Source: Hyaloraphidium curvatum SAG 235-1 (Eukaryota > Fungi > Monoblepharomycota). From it: a stretch of 64,000 nucleotides of DNA. The stretch covers positions 1,251,086 to 1,315,085 of the forward strand of contig JAIVFI010000002.1 in assembly GCA_025558095.1 (NCBI GenBank), in the 5' to 3' direction. The notes below the pieces were generated by a model. The model was not told the DNA's origin. It saw only the letters and a program-made list of their open reading frames with translations, and did no database searches. Shown here one piece after another: positions 46,750-57,547 of the stretch (position 1 is the stretch's first letter; each line of letters opens with the position of its first letter). The position numbers and the translations under genes are program-made.

Positions 46750-47994
46750 CTAAAGCTTCGCCTTCACGTTCTCATTCTTCTCCCCGCCCGTCCTCTCGGC
46801 GCGCAGGGGCAGCACCTCTTCGTTCCAAGGCATCCTCCTCCCCTCCCTCCCCCGCGGCGGCGGCTCGAAGCCCATCACCCACGACCTCCACGTCCTCGCC
46901 ACGGGCTCACGCGGCCGGTAGAACGGGAACATGTCCGCATCCTCGAGCCCACTGGGGATGGTGCCGTCGGCGAGGAGCGGGTCGAGGCACCCGGTGTCGG
47001 CCAGGATCCCACGCACACGCCCGCGCGCGGCGTCGGGGACCGCGGCAAGCCGCGACTGAAGCTTCTCCCTGCACCACACGCGGAACTGCACCGCCGGCAG
47101 CCCGCGGTACGGCCCCCAGTCGAACGACGCGCGGCCCTCCCGGAAGGCGAGCGCGTCGGCGCGGAGGTAGGGAAGGTACCACTCCCCCACCCGGCGAAGG
47201 AGGGGCAGCCACGTGTCGGGGATCTCGCCCGGCGGGGCGCAGGGGACGAAGGGGGTGCCCGTGGAGGAGGGGCGCGAGTTCCAGAGGCGGGCGACCCACG
47301 CGTACACCGCGGGCGCCCGGCGGCGCATGATGCCCGCGGGGGTGGGGTCGATGGAAAAGTGCCGGAACATGGGGCCGGCGAAGCCAAAGTCGGCCAGGGT
47401 GGGGTGGGTGCCGAGGAGGAAGGGGTGAACTTGGAAGTGGGCCTCGAGGGCGTCGAGGGTGTCGGTATACATGAGCTCCGTAAGCTCCTTGGCAGCGGCG
47501 TCGCGGATCCCGTCGCCTGTGACGTACTCGGAGAGCTGCCGCGTGATGACCACCCGGTGAACGAGGAAGTCGGGGATCCGCAGGTCCTGCAGGAACTCCT
47601 TCCTGAAACGCGCCGCGTTGAGCGACCGGTCGGGCTCGAACGCCCAGCGGTAGTACAGCGCCGGCCGCCACAGCGACTCGTCGGCGTAGTCCTCTAGCAG
47701 GAACGAGAAGAACGCGTGCACGGGGTCCTCCGGCACCACAGGGAGCGACACGCCAAGCTGGCCCTCCAAATACACGATGATGCTCGTCGAGTCCTGCAGC
47801 CACTTGTCCGCAAGGCGGTCGTACAGCACCGGGACCTTCATCTTGCCCGTGTTGGGGAGGATTTCGTCCACGAGCACCTTGCGCGTCGGCTGGACGAACT
47901 CGTAGGCGATGCCGCGGTACCGCAGGTAGCACTCGAGCTTGCCGGTAAAGTACGAGATGTCGTAGCCGTAGAGCGTGTAGCGAGGAGGCTCCAT
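46750..47994 (-). CDS. Glutathione S-transferase-like protein, intronless
   Basis: LYGYDISYFTGKLECYLRYRGI, KVPVL, DSTSII, LLEDYADE, FLLGTHPTLADFGFAGPMFRHF. Confidence 0.85.
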   Translation of the reverse strand: MEPPRYTLYGYDISYFTGKLECYLRYRGIAYEFVQPTRKVLVDEILPNTGKMKVPVLYDRLADKWLQDSTSIIVYLEGQLGVSLPVVPEDPVHAFFSFLLEDYADESLWRPALYYRWAFEPDRSLNAARFRKEFLQDLRIPDFLVHRVVITRQLSEYVTGDGIRDAAAKELTELMYTDTLDALEAHFQVHPFLLGTHPTLADFGFAGPMFRHFSIDPTPAGIMRRRAPAVYAWVARLWNSRPSSTGTPFVPCAPPGEIPDTWLPLLRRVGEWYLPYLRADALAFREGRASFDWGPYRGLPAVQFRVWCREKLQSRLAAVPDAARGRVRGILADTGCLDPLLADGTIPSGLEDADMFPFYRPREPVARTWRSWVMGFEPPPRGREGRRMPWNEEVLPLRAERTGGEKNENVKAKL

Positions 47995-48450
47995 CGTCGG
48001 TCGGCGAGGGGGAGACAAAAGGAGAGCTGAAGCGAACGCGGTCGACGCGGCCGATCAAAATCGCCTCGCCGTCTCCTGGCCCATCTGAGCGGAAACAGCT
48101 ACCTCCCGAGCTAGTCTGATCGAATTTGGACCGTGTCGCTCGCCCGTGCCGGCTGGCACGACGCGGTTTCGGCGTGGAGCCGCACCGGGAAAAGTCCACC
48201 TGCTACAAGGCGCGACGCGTCCTCTGGCGCCTCCTGGGCGTCAACTTCGAATTTTCTCGCGGACGGTGCGGTCAGGTTGCATGCGTCGCCGCGCGAGGAC
48301 ATGTAGTGCGCCTCGGTGCGCTGAATGCGTCTGTGCGGCCGGCGCGGAGAGCAGGCGAGCGGACCCACCCGTGCTGGACTGCATATGCCGCACGGTCAGG
48401 AAGGAGCAGGATGGGTGTTTTGGCATCGCAAGATACCCTCTCTTCCACAG

Positions 48451-49702
48451 CTACTGAGCGATGTAGCCTCCATCGACGATCACTGCCGCTCGGAGTCAGC
48501 ATCTCGCACCGTCGGGGGCGGTCGCCGCCCACCTTCGCTCCCCGTCATGAACGACGACTCCTCGCTCCCCAAAAACACGACGACGTCCGCCACCTCCTCC
48601 GGCCGCCCCATGCGCCCGATCGGGTGAGAGGCGACGATCGCGGCCGCCGTCTCCCGGTCGATGCCGGGAGCATGGGGGTGTCGATGGCTCCCGGATGCAC
48701 GCTGTTGCAACGTACTGCGCAATCATTGCAGGGCATCAATGGGATGGAGTTGAAGCTGCGATCGGGGGCCCACTGTTGTAACCGCTCCCGGCGCAGTGCA
48801 GCGCGAAGCTCTTGGTCATAATGCGCGTGCCGCCTTTGGATGCCGAATCTTTGGCGAGAACAAGGCTGGTGAGCGAGCAGGACTCACCGACTGCCGACAA
48901 AGGTGACGGGACCCACAGGCGGTGAAAGTAGAGAACCCGACGATGCCGGCGACCGAGCTGGCGGTGATGATGCTCTTTGACTCCCTGGCCTGGACGAGGT
49001 CGTGAGCGCGGGAGATCGCCAGCGATGAGGAAACGTCACCTTGTTCTGCTTCATCGACCGCACGCCCCACTTGAGGGCGAGGAAGGTGCCGACCCTGGCG
49101 GGAGAGGCGCTTGAGCAACAGGCCAATGCGCGCGCTCAGCTGATGACACCAACAGGTTGATATCGATGGTGTGCTTGAAGTCCTCGACCGCCATGTTCTC
49201 GGGGTTGGCCTTCGTCTTGGCGATCGCTGGAAGGCGGATGTCAGTTGCGGTCGGTCGTATCAGACCGCGAGGGCCCACGCACCCGCGCAGTGGACCAGGA
49301 TGTCGAGCGGCCCGAGCTGCTTGTGCACCCTGCTTAGGCTCCTTTAGCTTCGTCCCGCACGTTCCGCACGACCGGAGCACCCACTCCTCGATCACCCTCT
49401 CCCACTCGTCCTCCCTGGCCACGTCGTGCTCCAAAACCACCACCTTGGCCCCCTCAACCTCCCCCTTGATCTTTTCGGCGACCTTGAGTGCCAGCTCGGC
49501 CTGGTGCGGCAGGTCCGACACCGCCACGTGCGCGCCGGCTCGGGCAAAGGCCAGCGCGGTGGCGGCGCCGATTCCCGAGGCGCCGCCGGTGCTGCTGGCC
49601 GCCGACGTCAGCGCGGGCAAACGAGGGGAGGAGACGGGCCCACATGAGGGCGACGCGGGGACCGGTGGCGTTGACGAGCCGCTGCGAGAGGGCGGGGGGC
49701 AT
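48451..49702 (-). pseudogene. SDR (3-beta/17-beta-HSD or cyclopentanol-DH-like), spliced, with an apparent frameshift near 48670
   Basis: TGGASGIG, spliced [22 protein letters not shown] then frame change to ...[13 protein letters not shown]...[10 protein letters not shown]. Confidence 0.7.
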
Positions 49703-50288
49703 GGTGCGGTGATTCGGCGGGCGATCGGGCGGTGACTCCATCCTGGAACCGTCGAACCGAAAGGGCATCCCGTTCCTGCCATCCACACGAATTTCAATAC
49801 AACAAACGACATCGACCTGCGTTCTAATCGTCGGTTGTCTGGTTGTCGACGGGTTGGTGGACGACGGGTTGCTGGACGACGAACCCCTCCACCTCCGCGA
49901 ACCCGGGACCCGGCTGCCTCGACGGGGTTCTAAAGCAGCGGACCTGCGACTGCCTGGCCGACGCCCCGCCAGCGCCGTCCCCGTCCGTCGCGTACCCATC
50001 CCCGTCCAGCTCCTCATCCCCGGGCACCCCGCCGTCGCGGACCTCGAGCTCCGCGAGAGGTGCTTTCCAGGATGGCAAGCACGGTGCCGCCCGACTTGTC
50101 AATCGGCGAGGCTTTGGGTGATGCAGAGCTGCGAGAGATTCGGCATCTCCTGCAGCGCCCTGCCCAGGTCCTCCAAATCGTCGCGACGCGGTCCCCTCGA
50201 GGTCGACCCGCAGTGCAGCGCGAGCCGGTCCCCGGGGAGCCCCACGATCCTCGTTCCGCCCCATCGTCCCCTGCGTCGACGCATCCCA

Positions 50289-51383
50289 ATGGCGACCGAC
50301 CACGGCTACCTCGACGCCTCCGCCTCCCTCTCTTCCACCTCCCTCCACCCGCCCCTCGCCGCCGTGGCCGCCGCGTCGCGCCTGTGCCGCAAGTCGCTGC
50401 ACGTGCGGCTCTCCCTCCCCGCGGAGCTGCTCGCCGCGGAGGGCATCTGGGACGCACACTGCTGCCTTGCGGAAATCTACGCGCACGCGGTGGATCCGCG
50501 TAGGCCGCTCCTGCGCGCCTACGTGTGGATCGACGGGGTGTCGGCGGACCCGCTGCTCGGGGGGCCGCTGCACCGCGGGGCGGATGAGGGCGACGATCAC
50601 GCGTACTTTGCTACCGACGGCACGCCCGATGGCATTGTCGACGGTGTCGACGCGTCTTCGGCCGGCCGGACCGCGGGCCGGGTTGACCTGGACGCCTGCA
50701 ACGCGTCGCGCTCCGCCGCCGGCCTCGCCCCGCTCCGCCCCCTCCCCGTCCCCCCATCTCCCCCCGCCACCGTCCCCCGCACTTCCTGCCCGTGGCCGCC
50801 CTCCCTCCTCGCCGACCCCGCCCCCGCCGTGGCGACCGGCGGCTCCTTCGACCAGCTCCACGCGGGCCACCTCCTGCTGTTGAGCACGACCCTGCTATTG
50901 GCCCGCACGAGGGCGGAGGTCGCCATCGCGGACACGGCGAGCGCGCCGGGGATGCGGGAACTGGCGGCGGCCAAGGAAGCCGCGGCGCACATCCAGCCCG
51001 CGGAAGTGCGCGCCGCCGCCGCGCTGGAGTTCGCCCTCCGCTTCCGCCCGGGCATCCCCACCGCGGTTCCCGTCTGCGTCGACATGGCGTTCGCGGCCGT
51101 GGAGGCGCGGTACTTTCTCTGCACCGCCGAATCCCGCGGCACGATCGCCAAACAGGCCCCCGAGCGGCGCGCGGCGGGGTTGGAGCCGTTCGTGGGTGTG
51201 GAGTGCCTCGTTATCGCCCCCGGGAGGGTGATGCACGGAATAGCGGACGCGGCGGAGCTGAAGGGGGGAAAGTGGGGGGCCACGGTGATTAGGAGGCACC
51301 TCGAGGCGGGGGCGGCGGGGGCGGGCAGTGGCGGCGGGGCGGGAGGGACAGAGCCGGGGGCACGTGGGGAGGCGCAGCCGTAG
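50289..51383 (+). CDS. Nucleotidyltransferase (HxGH) protein, phosphopantetheine adenylyltransferase-like
   Basis: ATGGSFDQLHAGHLLLLS; IQPAEVR; C-terminal KWGATVIR is divergent from the usual KxSST. Confidence 0.65.
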   Translation: MATDHGYLDASASLSSTSLHPPLAAVAAASRLCRKSLHVRLSLPAELLAAEGIWDAHCCLAEIYAHAVDPRRPLLRAYVWIDGVSADPLLGGPLHRGADEGDDHAYFATDGTPDGIVDGVDASSAGRTAGRVDLDACNASRSAAGLAPLRPLPVPPSPPATVPRTSCPWPPSLLADPAPAVATGGSFDQLHAGHLLLLSTTLLLARTRAEVAIADTASAPGMRELAAAKEAAAHIQPAEVRAAAALEFALRFRPGIPTAVPVCVDMAFAAVEARYFLCTAESRGTIAKQAPERRAAGLEPFVGVECLVIAPGRVMHGIADAAELKGGKWGATVIRRHLEAGAAGAGSGGGAGGTEPGARGEAQP

Positions 51384-51432
51384 ATCGCCGGGGTGTGTGG
51401 AGCCCCCTGGACCTCCGCGGACGGATCCGCAA

Positions 51433-52318
51433 TCACAAGACGCCTGCGGCCCCCAGTCCGAACAACGCCGCGGCAGCAGCGCCGGCCCAGCCCGCGCCGA
51501 CCCTCCCTCCCGCGGCGGGCTTGCTCGACGTCGTCGTGCTGGTGGTCACCACCGCCGTGGTCGACGCCGGCGCGGCCGTTGAGGTGGCAGTCGGTCCGGC
51601 CGTCGAGGTGGCAAGAGATGCCGACGCCGTCCTCGTCGCGGTTGCCGTTCCCGCCGCAACCACCTCGCAGCCCCCCTTGGTGCTCACGGTGAACCCGCTC
51701 GTGCACTTGTCCCCGAACTCGTAGCCGCCGCCCAGCGGGATGGAGCACGCGTCGTCCTTGTACAGCGCCACGGTGCCGTTGCCCGCGCCGCCGCACGAGA
51801 CCTTGCTGGAGGAGGATCGGGGATCAGCGCGGCCGAGGGGCGAGGCGGGCGGCGGTGTTACCCGTAGTACGAGACGCCGAAGAGGAACGACAGGTCCGCG
51901 CACGAGCCCGAGCGGAGCGCGAACCCCGCCACGGCGTCGGCGCACCCGGTGTCCTTGAACGCCTGGCCGACGAGGTCTGCGCGGGCGGGGTGCGGGATCA
52001 GCCGGTGTGTGCGATCGGGGGCGATCGTCGCGGCCCACATGCGCCCGATGTGCCCGGCGGCAGCGCGGTGCCGGGGTCGGCGGCGGAGCACGTGGCGTTG
52101 ACGGAGGTGCCGCCGTCCGACGCGCAGCCGTTGGTGACGGACGAGTTGAGGAAGGTGCAGTCCGGGTACGGCTTGGGGATCACGACGAGCGCGGTCGCGT
52201 TGCCGGCGCAGCTGCCGCCCGCGAACGTGGCCGTGGAGAGGAACACCGTCGCGACGGCGGGCGCCGCGGCGAGCGCGAGGAGAAGCAGGAGAACGGCCAG
52301 GCGGGCCGCAGTTGGCAT
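51433..52318 (-). CDS. Secreted, probably GPI-anchored Cys/Thr-rich cell-surface protein (spliced)
   Basis: Signal peptide; repeated Cys units (F..xC.G); Thr/Ala tail; hydrophobic C-terminus. Confidence 0.75.
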
Positions 52319-53036
52319 CGGAAGTTGGCGCTGGGCGGAGGGCGCGCGGGGCGGGTTGTGGAGCGTGTGGCGGTGGCGGCAGGGGGGGGCGGGAGATCAC
52401 GTCCGGGTTTACGAGCCCGGCGGAAGATCCCCTCGGGTCTGGACCACCGTCAGCGCCCCCATGGAATAGCGTTTCGCTGGGCCAATCCTTTCCCAATGGC
52501 TACCGCAGTGGTACCTTACCTACGGTGGGCGGGCCTTTTTGCGCCTCGCGAATGGGCTGGAGGTGTCCCGGTCCGGTTCAGCTATCGCGGACACGGTTTC
52601 CGAATACCGCCGTCCACCGGACAGGGCTCCGCTGCCGAGGATCTACCACGATTCACTATCCAGGAATGCGGTCGCACTCCTGCGAGCAGCTCGGTCGACG
52701 TTGTCTGATCTTCATGGATTTCGGTGTTCGGATCTGGGGGAGGCTCGGGACGCCGGTGACCCACGCCAAGATTCCGTGCCGGACTAAGCTCTCTGCACGA
52801 CGAAGAGGGACCCTCGTCCGCAAGGCGACAGCTCGATGAGCCATTGCCGATCCGCCCTCGACGCGTGCGGCTTATGCGGCAGGGGCAGCCTGCATATCCT
52901 TCGGAGTAAGCATCCCCTGTTTAGGGCCTTCGGCGCGCGCGCTCACTCGGGCCCAGATAGACATTCCCATCCCCCGTTGACTCCGCTCCGAAGCATCGAG
53001 AGACGATTCGCACGGACCCAGCTCCCAATTGCCAAA

Positions 53037-54467
53037 ATGACACGTTCAAGAACAACCGGCCTCGGGGCCGCGCTCGCTGTCACCGCCGCCCTCGCCGCCC
53101 TCTCCGCCCTCGCAATTGCGCCGCCCGCCGCGGCGAGGTGCGTCCCCCCGCCCGGCGCCGTCCCTTCCGCACGCCCCTGATCCCGTCGCCCTCAGCCCCC
53201 TCCTGTTGTGGGAAACCGAGGCGCCCGGGACCGGCGACCACACGGTGTTCCGCCGCTCGTGCTCCGAGTGCGCCGAGAGTGACTTCTGGTGACCCGACTC
53301 CCGCGCCGCGCCCCTTTCTCCCCGACCGCCGCCGCTGCAGCGAGGTCGGTGTGGCGGGGGCCCCGGAGGGGCACGTCGCGTGCGTCGAGTACGGGACTTT
53401 TGGGCACCTGTACAAATGGTGGGTCCGTCTCCGCGCCGTCGCCGCCCGCGGAACCATCGACCCCACGGCGCATCCAGATACGTCACGACTCCCATCGTGT
53501 CGACGTTTGCCGGCACGGGAACCGGGGGAAACGACGGCGACAACGGCCAGGCCACCGCGGCGCAGGTCAACCCCCGCGACGTGTGCCTGGACTCGAGCGG
53601 CAACGTCTACTTCACCTCATTCACCACGCACGTCGTTCGCAAGGTCGACCCAGACACGGGAGTCGTCACCAGGGTGGCCGGGACCGGCACGGCCTCGTAT
53701 TCCGGTGACGGCGGGCAGGCGACGACAGCCTCAATCTTCAGACCGCAGCAGTGCGCCTTCGACCCGTCCGGCAACCTGCTGTTCGCGGACTACGGGAATC
53801 ATCGTGTCCGCAAGGTCGACCTCGGTACCGGCATAATCACGACCATCGCCGGCAACGGTTCGACCGGCAGCGCTGCCGACGGCAGCGCTGCGACCGCGAC
53901 CGCGGTGGAAAACCCCATGGGATTGGCCGTGGGCGCGGACGGCACCGTATACATCTCGCAGTTCCCCGGCGGATGGATATTCAAGGTTTCCGGCGACGTC
54001 TTGTCGAAGATCGTCTACGTGAACAGCCCCACCGAAGCAAGCGGCTACCTTTCGCTGTACGACAGCACCACCCTCCTCGTGCCGAAGCCGTACAGCAACA
54101 AGGTCTTTCTGCAGCCCATCTCCGGAGCCGCCGCGACGCTCTTCATGGGCAGCGGCGACAGCATCACCCCCGGGGACGGCGGCCAGGCCATCGCCGCATT
54201 CATCAACATGCCGGAGGCCACGGTCCGTGACGCATCCGGCAACACATACATCACCGCGTACGGGAACCACAGGATCCGCGCCGTTACCCCCGGCGGGATT
54301 GCCTCCACATTCGCGGGGAACGATACCCAGGGCTACTCGGGGACGGCAAGCCGCCGTCCCAGGCCGAAACCATGCTCAGCCGCCCCTTCGGGATCGCCTA
54401 CGACGCCGCGAGGGAAAGGCTGTACTGGGCAGAGGTCGGAAGGATCCGGATGGTGCAGTGGCCGTGA
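53037..54467 (+). pseudogene. Secreted protein: signal + 4-Cys cassette + NHL-repeat beta-propeller; splice-created TGA and a 1-nt frameshift
   Basis: VFRRSCSECAESDFCEVGVAGAPEGHVACVEY..LYK*Y; NHL repeats (VAGTGTASYSGDGGQA...DPSGNLLFADYGNHRVRKVD); the G-run at 54339-54342 is one G short of GYSGDG. Confidence 0.75.
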
Positions 54468-54528
54468 TCCGGGGTGGGAGGGGGGGCGCTGGAATGGCTC
54501 GCAGATAGAGATAGACTCCGTCGACCTT

Positions 54529-55611
54529 CTATACCTTCCCCGACCCCGTCTTGGCCACCTCCGCCATCTCCGGCACCGGGTTCGGAGGCTTACGTCCCTC
54601 CAGCCACGCCCCAACGTTGGCCAGCACGGCCTCGGTCATGTTCCTGGCCGCGAGCCGCGACCACCCGCCGATGTGCGGCGTCAGCACCACTGACGGCCCT
54701 CCCCCGCGATCGTCCCCGCCCAGCTCGAGCAGCTCGGCGGGGATGTGCGGCTCGTGCTCGAACACGTCCAGCCCCGCACCGGCGATCTTGCCCTCCTTCA
54801 GGTATCGGATGAGCGCGACCTCGTCGATGGCCACGCCCCGGGAGATGTTGACCACGAAGCCGTCCGGGCCAAGGGCGTCGAGCACCTCCGAGTTGACGAT
54901 GTGTTTCGTGGAGGCGTCGGCACGGAGGCACACGCAGAGGACGTCGCACCACTCCGCGAGCGCGACGGGCGTGGAGAAGTATTCTGTGCAACGAGGGGTC
55001 ACCGCGTGTCAAGAAGCCCATGATGCCGTCAACCCACTGTAGTCCGGATCGATCCCCTCCTTCCGCGTTCGCCCGCAGTACCCGACCTCCATCTCGAACG
55101 CGCTCGCCCGGACCGCCACCTTCTCCCCGATCGCGCCCATCCCCAGCACCCCCATTCTGAGCTCCCCCAGTCCCGGCGGCGGCCCCCTCGCCCTGAAGGG
55201 ACCGTACTTGTCCTCCTCCCACCTCCCCGTCCTCACGAAGCGGTCGCCCGATGTTGCGCGCCGCACGACGTCCAGGACGAGGGCGAAGGCGACGTCCGCG
55301 ACGCAGGACGCGTTGGCGCCGGGCGAATGGGTGACCATGATTCCGCGGGAGAGGCAGGCCGAAATGTCGGCGCCCTCGTAGCCGGAGCCGTAGTGCGCCA
55401 CCAATCTCAGATTGGGGAGGGCCTCCAGCAGCGCTGCGTCGGTCGGGATGGTGCCGAACGTGACGAGCACCTCGGAGCCGGCCACCCGCGCGTCGTCGCG
55501 GATCGCGGCCAGCGGGTCCGGGAACGGGCCGAACACGGCCATGCCTTTGGCGCGCAGCGCGTCGGCGAGCGCCGGCGGCACGGGCGCGTTGAGCAGCGCC
55601 GTGGGGGGCAT
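54529..55611 (-). CDS. D-isomer-specific 2-hydroxyacid dehydrogenase (one intron)
   Basis: GSGYEGAD, GVLGMGAIG, VVNISRG, AGAGLDVFEHEP, VVLTPHIG. Confidence 0.92.
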
Positions 55612-55887
55612 TGTTCTGTTGGGGGAAGACGCTTTCGCGAGCGGGGGCGAAGGCGAAGCGCGACTTGCCTTCCTGCGGAGCGATGTATCGAATCGACGGA
55701 GAGCGAGAAATTGCAACCTTGAATGAAATCGCACCGGTCTATCGATGCTTCACAGGGCAGAAGCTGCGATCCGGAACCGACCCACGAAGGGACCGGCAAG
55801 GAACGACACTTCGACAAGGATGATATATCGCAGATCCATACATACCAGATGCGCCGCTCCTCGACGTAAGCCCGCCCGTCCCATCCA

Positions 55888-57378
55888 TCAAAAAGCCGCC
55901 GCGATCCCGGCCACCAGCGCGACCGCGCCCACCCATGCCGCCGCGCCACCCTTTCGCCCCGCCGAGCTCGGCCGCGAGGTGGTCGCCTGCAGCGCCGCCG
56001 TGGGCTGCGCCGCATTGACCGTCGCGGGGGTAGGGGAGGCGGTGGATGACGAGGCGACGGTGGTCGCGCGGGCAAGGGCAGTCGACGCCTCCCGCCGCGT
56101 CGTGAGCGTGGCCGCAGCCGGCACCGCGCTTGCCAGCCTGCTCGTGGTCCCCATCAGCCTGCTGGTCGACGCCGCCTTCCCGTCCTCAGGCGCATCCGCA
56201 ACCGGCACCGCCGTATCCGTCGCCATGTCGCCTGGCCCGGGCCACCCGTTCTTCTCCAGGCAGTCGCGCAGCCCCGGGCGCGCGTCGGGATCCCACGCAC
56301 AGCCCTTGATGATGACGCCGCGGCGGGCGACGGCCGGGCGGGCGGGCGAGGAGGAAGAGGAGACCGTGCCGCCCGACGAGGGGGGAGAGGTAACGGGCGT
56401 GTCGGGATCAACGCCCCCCGGAACGGGCTTGGGCTCCGGCACCTCCCACGTCGAGTTCATCGAGTACTTTGCGCAGTCCGACAGCTCGAAGCACTTGGTC
56501 CACGCGTACTCCTTGTCCGCCTCGGGCGTGCTCGGCATGCAGTCGAACATGGCCACGGGCTGCCCCGGCCACTGCGCCATGCAGATCTCGGCGTGGCAGC
56601 CCTGCACGAAGCACGTGTAGTTGTCGCTCGTGTAGTCCGGTTCCGGGGGCGGGGGCGGGTACGAGAAGGTGGCGAGGCAGGAACTGAGCTGCGGGGTGCG
56701 GACCCAGGAGCAGTTGCGGGAGGTAGCGTTGTGGGCGCAGTAGGCGAGGGGGACGGGGTTGAAGAGCGGGGGCGGGGAGGCGGGGGAGGTGGTGGCGCCC
56801 GAGGAACCAGAGCCGGAGGAGCCCGACACGGCCTGCCGCCTGGAGAGCCTGGCCAGCCTGGCGGGCTTCACCATCTCGGAGTCGACCGCCACGGCCTCCA
56901 CGTCCCCGTAGTCGTAGATGATCGTCTTGTTCTCCTCGACGTAGCCCGTGGCCCACGGCGAGTAGCAGGCATCGCTGTCGGTCCAGTCGCAGGTGTCGTA
57001 GACGACGTCGGCCCCCCCCGCCGGCACGCACAGGGTGCCTGAGCAGCCCGCCACGGCGCACTCGGGGTCGTGGTTGTTTGTGGGCGTCGCCGGCGGGGCG
57101 GGGTCCACGCCGGTGGGGATGTCGGGGGCGGTGGGGTCCGCGGAGGTCGGCGACGGTTTGAGCGAGTTGGAGGGGTCCGAGGGGTCAAAGGGAGGGGAAG
57201 AGCCGGAGGTGGGCGATGATGCGGGGCGCGTGACGCCGCCGGGCGGGTTGCTGAGTGTCGATTGGCGGGCGGTGGCGGCGGCCAGCGACGTCGGCGCGGC
57301 GAGGGCGCCGGGCAGCGTGACGTGGCCGGCCAGCCCAAGGGCTGCCAGCAGGAAAGCGACCGCTCTTTGCGGCCTCAT
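55888..57378 (-). CDS. Secreted, GPI-like surface protein with two Cys-cluster repeats
   Basis: Signal peptide; CAVAGCSGTLC...TCDW...CY...C...CSW...CL and CFVQGCHAEIC...C...CF...C...CAW...CL; S/T tail; hydrophobic end. Confidence 0.75.
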   Translation of the reverse strand: MRPQRAVAFLLAALGLAGHVTLPGALAAPTSLAAATARQSTLSNPPGGVTRPASSPTSGSSPPFDPSDPSNSLKPSPTSADPTAPDIPTGVDPAPPATPTNNHDPECAVAGCSGTLCVPAGGADVVYDTCDWTDSDACYSPWATGYVEENKTIIYDYGDVEAVAVDSEMVKPARLARLSRRQAVSGSSGSGSSGATTSPASPPPLFNPVPLAYCAHNATSRNCSWVRTPQLSSCLATFSYPPPPPEPDYTSDNYTCFVQGCHAEICMAQWPGQPVAMFDCMPSTPEADKEYAWTKCFELSDCAKYSMNSTWEVPEPKPVPGGVDPDTPVTSPPSSGGTVSSSSSPARPAVARRGVIIKGCAWDPDARPGLRDCLEKNGWPGPGDMATDTAVPVADAPEDGKAASTSRLMGTTSRLASAVPAAATLTTRREASTALARATTVASSSTASPTPATVNAAQPTAALQATTSRPSSAGRKGGAAAWVGAVALVAGIAAAF

Positions 57379-57547
57379 TGCGGTGTGTTCGGTGTCTTTG
57401 CTCCGCCCCGTCCCGAAGGGATCGAAGCACTTTAGGCACCCCGCTCTACTGTAAGCCCCGCGGCATGTTAGCGCCCCAACTACTATTTAATCGCGTCCAC
57501 CGGAAGACGACTCACACGCGCCGCTCCTCCATCGCGCCCGCGGAGAC

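Noticed and set aside
53417-53478. Selenocysteine or genetic-code reassignment of the in-frame TGA
   Set aside because: The position aligns with Arg, not Cys; TGA is used as a normal stop elsewhere; and the gene has a second lesion.
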